A stretch of 63,988 nucleotides of DNA, counting the filler, from Reclinomonas americana ATCC 50394 (Eukaryota): the NCBI GenBank assembly GCA_048213135.1. It is 5 parts of 5 records of this genome, joined end to end, with 100 filler letters (N's around TTAATTAATTAA, not from the genome) between each part and the next. Parts side by side here need not be neighbours in the genome. Positions count along the whole stretch, not along the records: positions 51,396 to 62,576 come from PS015540.1; positions 62,677 to 63,988 come from PS015559.1; 3 more parts are not named here. One strand, 5' to 3'. Positions 52,523-63,988 of this stretch are shown here, in pieces. Below the pieces are notes generated by a model, which did not search any database, was not told where the DNA came from, and saw only the letters and a program-made list of their open reading frames with translations. The translations under genes and the position numbers were made by a program. Numbering within the stretch: the stretch's first letter is position 1; the number at the start of each line of letters is the position of its first letter.

Positions 52523-53683
52523 AACGTAAACAGCATTGATCGAGGGGAGGTTGGTTGGTTGGCACGAGGCTGCTTTCACATTTNNNNNNNNNNNNNNNNN
52601 NNNNNNNNNNNNNNNNNNNNNNNNNNNNNNNNNNNNNNNNNNNNNNNNNNNNNNNNNNNNNNNNNNNNNNNNNNNNNNNNNNNNNNNNNNNNNNNNNNNN
52701 NNNNNNNNNNNNNNNNNNNNNNNNNNNNNNNNNNNNNNNNNNNNNNNNNNNNNNNNNNNNNNNNNNNNNNNNNNNNNNNNNNNNNNNNNNNNNNNNNNNN
52801 NNNNNNNNNNNNNNNNNNNNNNNNNNNNNNNNNNNNNNNNNNNNNNNNNNNNNNNNNNNNNNNNNNNNNNNNNNNNNNNNNNNNNNNNNNNNNNNNNNNN
52901 NNNNNNNNNNNNNNNNNNNNNTTTCAAACACTGATTCGAGAATGCGTGTGCGAGGAGTGGAGGAGGAGGAGGGAGGGAGTGCATGTGTGTCTGAGAGTGG
53001 TGGTGCAAAAGAGAAAGGGTCAAAGACGTGAGTTGAGAGAAAATGGTGAGAAACCACGTCGAAATCGCGCGCGAAAGAAAACACTCACAACTCAAACTCG
53101 ACCGCCGGGAGCCAACACACAGTGGACGCACAGCACATACATACACACACGGTGGGAAGGAGGCAGATGGCGGCCACATGAGAGTGGCGCCAATTTTTTG
53201 TGCGACGGGAGAGAGATGGCCACGCACACACACACGCGCGCGCGCGCGCCTCCGCACAATTCGTGCGAGAAGAATCCAACTCACACACACACACACACAC
53301 CACGTTGAAACGCAAAGTGCAGTGCGCGTGAGGTGTGGTGCGTTACATTTACATATCACACACACACACACGAAGAGAGACACTCCACAACAAAAAATAA
53401 AATAAAAAAAGTTATGCATCAGACACCCTGCCCCTTTTCTGGCTCCTTACCTTGGCTCACGAGAGAGATGAAAAGAATATAAAACGCTTCATTGATCGGA
53501 CGAACGTATCGATCGGTCGCTGGAATTGGGGCGGGGTAGGTCGAGCACACATCAGAAAGGCCGCGGAATCGCGATGCAGTGCTTGGACTCGAATTTAATC
53601 GATCCTCTTCACATTTTAATCAGAAGGACAGATTTAGATGCGCGAGCATCGATCACATTTTTTTCACCGCATTCCCTTCGCAA

Positions 53684-54760
53684 ATGACAGCCGAGCTCAC
53701 CATCGAGCAGCGCAAGCTGTATGACCGTCAGCTGCGCGTGTGGGGCATGCAGGCACAACAGAGGTATGTCCCACGCACACACACACATGTGCGTGTTTGT
53801 GACAACTTACGTGTGATGATGATGATGGAAAGAATGCATGCGGGTCGTGTGTTGGTCGTCGGCATGCGCGGCCTCGGCGCCGAGCTCACCAAGAACCTGG
53901 TGCTGGCGGGCATTGGACGCCTGGACATTAGCGACGCGCAGGCGGTGACGGAAGGCGACGCGACATGCAACTTTTTCGTGCACGAGGAGGATGTGGGGAG
54001 GAATGTTGCGTCACCTCTCTGTCTCTCGTGTGCAGCGCGGCGAGGAGGCTCACTGTGTGCGTGTGCGTGTGTAGCGTGCGGAGGCGTGCTTGGGGCCGCT
54101 GCGCGAGCTCAACCCGACGGTGCGAGTGGAGGTGTTGCCGGGCTTCCCGCCGGCGCATTCCGCCGACTTGCCGGCACTGCTGGAGCCGTACGATGTGGTG
54201 ATTGTGAGCAGCGGGGCATGCTCAGAGCAGATGCAGCGGGAGATTGCGTTGTGGTGCCACAACTCGAAGCGGCAGCGCGCGTTCTTTGCCGTGGCCATGC
54301 ACGGCTTGCTGGGGGGCTTTTTCGCGGATTTTGGTGCCGAGTTTGAGTATGTCATGTTGCGTTGCAAACCCCCTTCCCCTTCCCCGCTGCCCTCACTCTC
54401 CCTCACTTGGTTGCGCAGTGAGCGACCACCGCGAGAGGAGGGCGGTGCGACGGAGCGCAGCTCGCACAAGGACTCGTTCTGCTCGTATGTCGACAGCCTG
54501 GCTGTGCCGCTGCACAAGATCAATCGACCAACGAGGGGTTTGGTGGCGTTGCGCGGTACGTCTCCTCTCTTTCTCTCGCTGTCTCTGTCCCTCTCGTGTG
54601 CCGCTCACCACTCGCGCGTGCATGCAGCTCTGCGAGCGAGGAAAGAGGCTCTGGAAGAGGGTCGTTTCGACGCCGCCGACGAAGCCGCCTCCACCAGCTT
54701 CTTCCAGGAGTTTCTGGCCGCCGAGGGGCTGCCGGCCGACCACCTGCGAGGCTACATGGA
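53684..54760 (+). CDS. SAE1: SUMO-activating enzyme subunit 1 (Aos1), 3' end lost in a gap
   Basis: LYDRQLRVWGMQAQQRMHAGRVLVVGMRGLGAELTKNLVLAGIG..DVGRNRAEACLGPLRELNPTVRV..GLLGGFFADFG. Confidence 0.8.
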
Positions 54761-54890
54761 GTTGCGTGAGAGGAACAACAGTGATGGGCGAGCTTTCTTG
54801 CTGAAAGATGCAGCAAAAAAACACAGGCAAGTCTTTCCCTCCAACGTGGACACNNNNNNNNNNNNNNNNNNNNNNNNNNNNNNNNNNNNN

Positions 54891-57800
54891 AAAGAGGAGG
54901 GTCGCAGCAAGCGTTTCCGACAACTGGTCGATGCCTCGCGTGCGGCCAACTTGCTGTCGCTGGTCGCCACGCATGCAGACGAGCTGCGACAGAGTGCACC
55001 CATCCGCGCCATCCTTCCACGCGTGCTGGAGGTCCGTGTGTGTGTGCGCGTGATGAGATTGCATTGATGAATGACAATGCGGTGCATGCAGGCGGCGCTG
55101 AGCTCGTTTCTGGAGGATGGCTCGCATGCTGACTCGCACTGCATCGCGACAGCTGTGCGCATGTGTGTGCTGCTCGACGCAGCATCGCTCCTGCAGCCGC
55201 AGGTGAGCTAAGTTGCAAGGAAGAGAGAACGACGGTGATGACGAAAAATGCTGATCGAATCACGCGCAGGAGGTCCATCGCTGGGTGCTGGCGGTGCGGT
55301 CGTGGCTGGCCGACAGCGATAAGGTGCTCGTGGAGGCGTCGTTGTTGGTCCTTGCGCGACTGTGGGAGCAGCACGCGGCCGTGCATCTTCTTCTCGAGTG
55401 CGTTTGTGGAGTCTTGTTTTTCCGCACATCTCTGCACCGCTGCTGACTCTGCGAGTTCGCCAGCGACGATTTCCCTGTGTTTCTGCGCGAGGTGATGCGC
55501 TCGATGGCCGATGCCAACTCGTATGTTGCGTGCCAGCGGCCCTGTTTTGTGACACAAGCTGGTGGCGCTGATTTGTGCCCACAAACAGGTTGCTTCCGCC
55601 GCTGTGCATTTGATCAGCACAATCATGTGCAGCGACGGGCACGCGACAGGGGCGCAGGTATTGCATCTCTTCACGTGTGTGTGACAGAGTGCTTCACTGC
55701 TCTGCTCATCGGCGCCCTCACTGCAGCGAGCACTGGAGACTCTGGTGCAATCGATAGCGGCACCCAGCAGACCCTCCGAGGAACTCGTGGCCAGCACACT
55801 GGAGTCGTTGACCTTGTGCGTGAAGCTCAGTGGAGCACGTGGAGTCGACATGGTGCGCGCGCTGATGCAGGTGCGTGGCGAGGGCACATTGGCCGTGTGC
55901 GTGCGCCCTGGTTGAAGACTCATTGGCGGCTGCGTAGCAAGTGCCATTTTCTCGATTCCTGCACAGCGCCAGCTCGTTTGTGGTGAATCGCTGCATGTCA
56001 ATGGTCACTCAACTGTGCGCGCTGTCGGCGCTCGATGTGCTGCTCCCCGGAGCGCACACTGTCGTGGAGGGTGAGCGTCACGCGCACAGTGTGTCGAGTG
56101 TGTCTCTGCAGGCTAACTTTCGTGAGTCAGGTCTGCAGCAGTGTGTTGATGAACTGATGACCAAGGACACGGTGGCTGCTTTGCGTACCGGCTGCTTGCT
56201 GCTTCGTGAAATGGCGACTGCTGCGCCCGACGTACGTGTGTGGGCCTTGGCGACGTGCGCCGCACTGTTGGAAGTGAGTGCCTTCCCAACACCCAACATG
56301 CGAATTGTTCCTCACGTCTTCAACATAGTCGCTACTGGCGGACTCTGCAGATCGCCCATCGACGTGGCAGGTGAAAGATGCCTCACAGATGGCTTGTTGA
56401 CACAGAGTCGCCCGCTCACTCTGTCCCCCGTCACAGCGAGTCAAAAAGCATGCAGTGAGTGCGTGTGGGCATGTTCTGCATGCCGCAGTACCTCTGTTGG
56501 AGGCCGTGCTGCAGCTGGAGCCAGACTCGGGTGCAACGCATGCGGCGATCCGCAGTGTGCTATCACTGGTGCCCCTGGTGGTCAGCAGTCTGTCACACGG
56601 CTCGGCTGCGGCGACTCTGCACGCGCACACCATTGCTGGACTGGTGCATCTCTTCCGCCTGTTGGGTGCTGCCGAGCAGCAGCAGCAGCAGCGACGATTG
56701 TCACCGGCAATTGCCTGCGTGGTGGAAGCATGCGCTGTGGATGTCATCGAGGTGCTGGCCCACTCGGCGTCCACTGCTGTCTTTGAGTTGCTCTTGCTCG
56801 AGGTTGTTCCGCCGTTGGTGCTGCTTTCAACGGCGGCTGGAGTCGATGCGGCCACGGATGCTGCGCTGCGTGGACGTGTGCAAGCCTGCATGTTTGATCC
56901 GTCGTCTGTGGTGCGATCGCACGCAGTGGAGGCTGTCGCTCGTCTCGTCGGCGCAATGCAAGTGGCCGCGACGGTGAGTGTGTGTCATTTTGTAAGCCAA
57001 TGTGTTGTGCGAGCCCGCTCATATCTTGTCATGCCGTACAGCCGCTGTGTGAATCATGGTTGGTGTTTGCCGCACAGCTGCAACAGCAACTGATTGACAA
57101 GCTCATGGACGTGTCGGCGGATGTGCAAAAGGCGTCGCTGGAGCTGCTGGTGGTCAGTCTGTCAGTTCTTCCGGGTCACCCCTTGAAGACTCACTTACAT
57201 GTGTGCCACAGGCCATGATGTTGTGGCGTCGACCGGACCACGACCCCCTAATTGATGAGCACTCCAGCATCGAATGTCTCCACACGTGGCAGCCAGTGTT
57301 GCAGAGCGGCGAAGCCTGTACTCGACGGTGTGTCAAATTTCCGAGGCACGCAACGTTTTGTCTCTGTCGCTGACTTTCACCTTGGGTACAGTGCTGTGTG
57401 GCACTGCTGCGTGCGACTCGTGGCGCACGAAGCTGTCGGGCGATCATTGTTTTGCGCTGCTGTGGAATCTGCCAGTGCGCCGTGGAGGTACGCTTCTTTC
57501 GCCCACAGTGTGTCTTGCAAAGTCGATCTCACTCCGCGTCGTGAAACAGAGACGCACTGCAGCGCAGCGCCGAGGCCTCCGAATTTGACGTGCAACTTGT
57601 CTGCCTGGAGTTTCTGTGTCAACTCCTCGACGGTGGCATGTCGGAGCTGTGGAGGGCAGTCGATGGCACTCGTCATTTGCGCACCATGGTTCGACGAGTG
57701 TCTCCATGCACTTTTGCTGCACTTCCCTCCGCTGACCTGTGTGCACGTAGCTCGATGTAGGCGAGGCTGTTGTGCGTCTGCGTGTGCTTGAGGTTGTCAC

Positions 57801-57999
57801 CGCGTGGAGCAAGAGCGATACTGCTGCTGCGTGGCAGCACTCTGCAGCATCCCAAGTCATGAGTGCGTTGAGTGGCGATGGCGCAACGACCATGATGCAG
57901 GAGCTGCGTGGCGAGCTCGACGAGGATCAGCGAGAGCGCGAATGGAATCACCTGCTCGTCGGAGAAGAGACAGACACCGGGCACATGGACTGCTTCTGA
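54891..57999 (+). CDS. HEAT/ARM-repeat protein, BRAT1-like; 5' end in a gap
   Basis: HEAT motifs MADANSYVASAAVHLI, MFDPSSVVRSHAVEAVARL and LMDVSADVQKASLELL. Acidic C-terminus ends ..EETDTGHMDCF*. Confidence 0.5.
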
Positions 58000-58109
58000 C
58001 GCTTGCGCGAGGTGAATACATGAATATTTCTTCTCAGTGCGTGGTGCCGTCCACCAGCGAGCACGAGCCGTACCTCCCCATAACAAATCGAAACACACAC
58101 ACACACAAA

Positions 58110-59296
58110 TCACACCAACAGTGGTCCTGGAGGCGGCAGAGTCGAGCTCATGTCAGCAGACACCTTTTTCTGAGGTGCCTTGAGCGGCGTCAGTGCGTCA
58201 TCGTCGTCCTTGGTGGCGGCGTCGTCCTCGAGGTACGTGGCCAGTGAGCCGAACGAGCTGTACGAGTTGTGGCGGCGGTACCGCTCGTTCGGATCATCGC
58301 GCCAGATGGTTCGGGCCAGTGCAATCACCTGCAGTGGGGGAGCTCGCCAGTGAGGCAACGAATGAGAGAAATGATGAGGAGGACATACACGCACCAGTGC
58401 GAGTGCACATGAAACGGTTTCTGCGGGATCGGCAAAGCAGGAAGCATGTGTTAATCGAGCTGCACGCACATCGACCTAGTGCATAAGCGAGGACGCAACG
58501 AGACAGGAGCGAGTATGTCAGCATGCACGAGCTGGTGCACTGCAACGACTGTTTCGCCAGAGTCTTGATGCAGGTGCCGGCCGCAATCATGCCCAGCCCG
58601 CACAGCACCACCAACTGTGTTGCCGATCACATTGTCAGTGGAATTGATGAGCAGCAGCAGCAGCAGCACCGAGAGTGGTAACGTTGCTCACCAGCACCGA
58701 TCGGGCTCTCCAAAATGAAAACAGCTCGAACCAGGCAATACCGATGATCACCACCATGAACGAGAGGAGCACAAAGCCCGCTGCCCCGCTCCAGGACGAC
58801 CGCAGAATGGCTTGCCCTTGACGAGAGTGCCAGCAGACCAGCAGCACGGCATACACCACCACATTCACCTGCAGGTGGTGACACAAGCAAACGGTTAGGG
58901 AATTGCAGATCCATGGCGGTGGCCTTGCAAGAGTGCAGGAGGAGGAGGAAGCATTGGAGCGTGGTGATCAAGAGTGGTGAACGCAAGAGGACAGTCAGTG
59001 GTTCCGACAGCACACAGACGCAGACGCAGACGACAACGACGACGACAACGGTCTCGATTAGTTTCTCAAGGATCGTGCGAGAAAAGATGCAGCGGCGGCG
59101 AGTGGCGCAGCAGTGGCCGGCGAGTGGACAAGATAGAAAGGGGGGGCACACATGCACAGTGGAGTGCATGGTGGGTGACACGTACCGTCGCCAGCGCGGT
59201 CAGGAAGATGCCAAAGCCGAAGCCCTCCGGTCGTCGCTTGGAGACGGGAGGCAGAGCGGTGGAGCTGAGCTTCATGGGGTGCGGATCTGGTTCCAT
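58110..59296 (-). CDS. Hypothetical multi-pass membrane protein
   Basis: Spliced hydrophobic exons (GFGFGIFLTALAT; VVVYAVLLVCW..GFVLLSFMVVIIGIAWF; LVVLCGLGMIAAG) and a hydrophilic tail ..PPPGPLLV*. Confidence 0.5.
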
Positions 59297-60557
59297 GATG
59301 TGTGTCTGGATGTATGTGTTTCTTCTGTGCGCCCACACAACGAGAGAGCAGCAGTGAGCAGACCGGCCGTCGACACAGCGACAAGCGGTGCAGCGTCGGC
59401 TGTGTTTGCACACTCGCACTCACCAGCTGGGTGTCTGCAGGGCGGCAAAGTCGGGTTGGCGCGCTCTTCAACGGTATGTACTCGCGGCGGAGGGTTGCCT
59501 TGCGCTCCAACGCACTCGAAACACTCACAAAGGAAAAAATGTAACGTTCGCCACTTTTCTCGTCAAATGGTAGGAAACGGTCCAGTGCAACGTTCAATTT
59601 TTTTCTTCCTCCCCCCTCTCTCTCTCGTTTCCCCAGTCCACTGCTCATCGCTTGCTCTTCTTNNNNNNNNNNNNNNNNNNNNNNNNNNNNNNNNNNNNNN
59701 NNNNNNNNNNNNNNNNNNNNNNNNNNNNNNNNNNNNNNNNNNNNNNNNNNNNNNNNNNNNNNNNNNNNNNNNNNNNNNNNNNNNNNNNNNNNNNNNNNNN
59801 NNNNNNNNNNNNNNNNNNNNNNNNNNNNNNNNNNNNNNNNNNNNNNNNNNNNNNNNNNNNNNNNNNNNNNNNNNNNNNNNNNNNNNNNNNNNNNNNNNNN
59901 NNNNNNNNNNNNNNNNNNNNNNNNNNNNNNNNNNNNNNNNNNNNNNNNNNNNNNNNNNNNNNNNNNNNNNNNNNNNNNNNNNNNNNNNNNNNNNNNNNNN
60001 NNNNNNNNNNNNNNNNNNNNNNNNNNNNNNNNNNNNNNNNNNNNNNNNNNNNNNNNNNNNNNNNNNNNNNNNNNNNNNNNNNNNNNNNNNNNNNNNNNNN
60101 NNNNNNNNNNNNNNNNNNNNNNNNNNNNNNNNNNNNNNNNNNNNNNNNNNNNNNNNNNNNNNNNNNNNNNNNNNNNNNNNNNNNNNNNNNNNNNNNNNNN
60201 NNNNNNNNNNNNNNNNNNNNNNNNNNNNNNNNNNNNNNNNNNNNNNNNNNNNNNNNNNNNNNNNNNNNNNNNNNNNNNNNNNNNNNNNNNNNNNNNNNNN
60301 NNNNNNNNNNNNNNNNNNNNNNNNNNNNNNNNNNNNNNNNNNNNNNNNNNNNNNNNNNNNNNNNNNNNNNNNNNNNNNNNNNNNNNNNNNNNNNNNNNNN
60401 NNNNNNNNNNNNNNNNNNNNNNNNNNNNNNNNNNNNNNNNNNNNNNNNNNNNNNNNNNNNNNNNNNNNNNNNNNNNNNNNNNNCTCCAGCTGCGCATTTT
60501 TGTCTCACCAGTAAGAACACACACGCAGCCGCTCTGCCTCGAACAGACGGACGCAAC

Positions 60558-62576
60558 TCGAGGGTCGCACATCTGTGCGGCGTACACGTACAGTGCACGC
60601 GCACGATCGATTTCGCCCAGCTTGCGCTCCAGGTCGGCGTACTTGATGCACATGTCCTTGGCCCACCGGTCCGGGAGAGTGCTGATGGCCTTTTCGTAGA
60701 TTTGCCTTGTCTTGGTGATGGTGAAGAATTCTTGCGCTCGCGTGACGTACACTTGGAAGACCTGCAGCAAAGCGAAAGAGTGAGCTCCTCCGCTTCGCGA
60801 ATCCTCGCAATGCTACGACGACGCACATCATACTTCTGGCCCTCCGGCACAACCTCCGCAGCTCGCTCGTACACCGCCATGGCCCTCTTCAGCATGCCGT
60901 GTTGCTCCTCGTACGCAGCATACATCAGATATATTGGCTTGGCCTGCACGCAAAAACAATGAGCGGAAACAAGCCGCGCGAGATGATCGACCAACTACCG
61001 CTGCGACGCACCTGATCTGGTGGTACTGAACCGCAGCACTCCTCAAACAGGTCGCGCGCTCGTTCCAGCTTGTCGCCGCCAAACCGTTCCACAAAACGCG
61101 TCAGGTACGTCGTCCACAGATCCCTGACCTGCGGCCACTTGAACATGTTGACACCACGCTCATACACCTGCGCAACGAACGAGAAACAATAGAATGTGAG
61201 CAGCAATCAAGACTGCAAGCAGCGAGTGCAGCACGCAGCCGGACCTTGAATGCATCCTCAAAGTGGCTGTTCTCCTCCAGGAAAGCGGCGTAGTTGAGAA
61301 TGATTTGCGGTGTGGCCACCTTCAGATCGAGCACACGCTCGTATGCAGCCTTGGCGCTGGCAAACGTGCCGAGACTCTCCTCCAGATCCACGTAGAGCGC
61401 CCACAGACGCACAGACTTGTACAATCGCTGCTGCGTGGACACCTGGTCGTCATGAATGGAGCGCGCTCGCTTCGACGGCAACGCAGTGGCGCGGGCCAGC
61501 AACGCCAGCGCACGGTGGTGGCAGCTGCACGCGCACGAGGCGACGTCAGCATCACTTGTCGCCAGAGAGAGGGAGAGAGGGAGAGAGAAAGGAAGGAGGC
61601 GCAACTTGTGACGAATCTCCAGCTCGGCGTACTCGCACCAGATGGCGGCCAAATCATCGACATTGCGGAAATTGACTCGGGTGGCCTCCTCCAGGATGCG
61701 ACGCGCACGGTCCACGTCGCCCAGCTTCTCATAGTGCTTGGCGTACTCGGCCCACAGAGTGAATAGACGGCCCACGGCCTTTTGAGGATCCACCGTGTGC
61801 ACGCCCTGTTCGAGTGCCTCGCCAGCCTGCATCACAGAGCAGAGTGTCGGGAACGCAAACCGGGTAGGGACGTGACGCAATGCGATCGATCGTACCTTGT
61901 CCGAGTCCTCCTTGAGCAGATTCGCGCGGTTGATCCACTCAGTGACATCGTTTGGATTTTGCCGCAAGTACACCGAATTCAACAACAGCGGTCGTCGCTC
62001 GAGCAAGTGCTCCAGCCGGGCCGAGTGCAGCTCCACATCGTCGCGATCGGTGAAGCCATCCTCACCAAACAAACACGCATCCTCCACAGCCACCGAGAGA
62101 ATCGCCTCGCCACCCTGTGCAACAACCACCGCGCGGGCGAAGTGAGTCTCCATGCCCACGACATGCACGAGCCCAGGGTGACCAACCTCCTCGTCGCCAA
62201 TCGCCTCCAGCTTGATGGTCAGCAAGTTCTCCTCAAACTGCGCATACGCATCGAAGACCTGACCAAAGTCGCGCACAGTCATCACCGTCGCCATGGCCTC
62301 CTCGTACACATCGCGAGCCTTCTCAAAGTGCGCCACACGCGTAAAATAGTCGGCGAGTCCACACCACAAGTCGCCCGTCTCGTCGGTGAACTTGGCGATA
62401 CCCGATCGAATAATGCGCTCCACATCCAGCGTCGAGTCCTGTGTGAGTGTGCGCGCCACGTGAGTACCGCACGTTGATGCACAGTCGTTTGTTTCGTGAG
62501 CCCCTCTCTCACCTTTTGCGGCTTGGTGCAGATGAGTTCGCACAGCTCCATCCACAGCGCGTGCTTGGTCTTGTTA
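60558..62576 (-). CDS. XAB2: Pre-mRNA splicing factor SYF1/XAB2, truncated at both ends
   Basis: FEKARDVYEEAM..TVRDFGQVFDAYAQFEE..LLLNSVYLRQNPNDV..QQRLYKSVRLWALYVDLEESLG..ATPQIILNYA..KLERARDLFE..ERKLGEIDRARA. Confidence 0.97.
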
Positions 62577-62676
62577 NNNNNNNNNNNNNNNNNNNNNNNN
62601 NNNNNNNNNNNNNNNNNNNNTTAATTAATTAANNNNNNNNNNNNNNNNNNNNNNNNNNNNNNNNNNNNNNNNNNNN
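62577..62676. other. Artificial scaffold-concatenation linker
   Basis: N44-TTAATTAATTAA-N44. Confidence 0.95.
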
Positions 62677-63880
62677 CAGCCGCCGCCGCAGCCGCCGCTG
62701 CCGGCGCCTGCTCCTCCTCACGCAGTCGCGCCACCGCCAACTCACGCAGCGAAGGCAGCGCCGCCGAGTACGCCGAACCAGGCACAGGCGGAGGGCGCAA
62801 ACGACCCGTTCTCTCCGCGCCCACGTGCACATCGGGCACAGCCGACACCAGCGCCGACGCGAACACGGCTGCGTTGATCTCCTTGCGCGTCATGGCCGGA
62901 GGAGCCGTCGAGTGCACGTTGGTGGCCACCTGCACGCGCGCGCTGAGGGTTGAGCACAAACAACAACAACCTACCAGCAGTCACACTGTTGTCTTCACCG
63001 GTGCATCGGCGGCGAACTCCATGGAACTGGGCATGACGGCCACGGCGGCCTCGATGCCGCCCAGCACGCCTCCACTGGACGAGGACATGGACTGCGGGCG
63101 GAGCACGGGAGGCGCGGGCATTTGCTGCGGAGGAGGCGGTTGCGGTGTGGGCGGAGCTGTCTGCGCATACGGAGGCAACGACATGGGCGCCATAGTCATC
63201 GGTGGTGGTGGAGTCGATGGTGGAGCGGCTGCTGAGGCCATTGGAGGCAGAGGAGCTGCGGCTGACTGTGGACGCGGAGGAGGAGGAGGAGGAGGCTGCG
63301 CGGTGATTGGAGCAGGAGGTGGCGCGAAAACGCGTGTTTCATTGGCGACACCGGCACCGTAGACGCCGCCTGAGTAAGGAGAGGGCGACTGGTCGTCGGC
63401 GTTGAGCATGTCGTTGAGAGTGAGGCGCATGGAGGAGGAGGAGGAGTCGTCGGCGGCGTAGGCCGAGGTGTCATCGGCGGCGAAGATGGTGCCTTGTGGT
63501 TGGCCTCCACCGCCACCGGTGCCACGCCGAGAGCGTGGTGGGGGAGGTGGTGGGCGAAGGGAGCCGTCCATGGAGGGTGGGGGAGAGGTAGGAGGAGTGG
63601 GGGTGTGGGAGGGTGAGGGACTCCGGGACGAGTGGTCCGCACACCGTGCCTCCGCAAATGTTTCATGGTGTTGGAAGAAAGGAGAAGTAAGAAGAGCATT
63701 GTCTTCTTCTATCACCACCATGGACCACTCTTCGGCCACCAGTCGACGTTGCCACGACAACCAAGAGTTCCTTCGCATGAGTTTCGGCGGTTTCTTCAAT
63801 CTCGAAGTCTGTGGTTCGCCAGAGACCGTGCGGCGTGTTGTGACCGTGGGTGCGGCTGCTGCTGCTGCTGTTGCGGCCAC
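62677..63880 (-). CDS. Hypothetical Pro-rich protein, partial
   Basis: A 299-codon open exon (62981-63880) plus a downstream exon ..LPSLRELAVARLREEEQ.. running into the scaffold end. Confidence 0.5.
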
Positions 63881-63988
63881 GAGCTGCTACTATTTGAACA
63901 CTCGATCTCCATAAGCTGCAATGAAACCAACCTTGGCGTATAGCGTATTCGTACATTGTGTTGCTCCTCCTCCTCCTTCTCAAGCAGG

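Overview
Eukaryotic nuclear DNA from a GC-rich, intron-dense, microsatellite-rich protist. It is probably flagellated (CFAP119-like and calflagin-domain genes) and uses the standard genetic code. The window is not one contiguous locus: four artificial 100-bp linkers (N44-TTAATTAATTAA-N44) join five scaffolds (1-22163, 22264-28721, 28822-51295, 51396-62576, 62677-63988). About 25 genes were rebuilt by manual splicing. Recognisable ones are an OCA4-like pseudophosphatase, a homeobox gene, CFAP119, DMXL/RAV1, a TEP1-type TROVE protein, zeta-COP, a RING-TRAF-TLDc protein, a PF09713 protein, DPAGT1, TLK, SAE1, a BRAT1-like protein and XAB2/SYF1. Most notable observations: (1) a very frequent second class of 5' splice site, GT-T-GCG/GAG/ACG, which is the ordinary donor with one extra T and is kept at matching introns of paralogs; (2) unusual fusions, claudin-like 4TM + calflagin and GATase-like + TROVE; (3) a homolog of 'plant-specific' SDH6; (4) a homeodomain with Glu at position 50; (5) 5-nt and 9-nt microexons; (6) two local gene duplications; (7) a short dispersed intergenic repeat. 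Family calls come from remembered motifs, not database searches. Spliced coordinates are hand-derived and may be off by a few bases.
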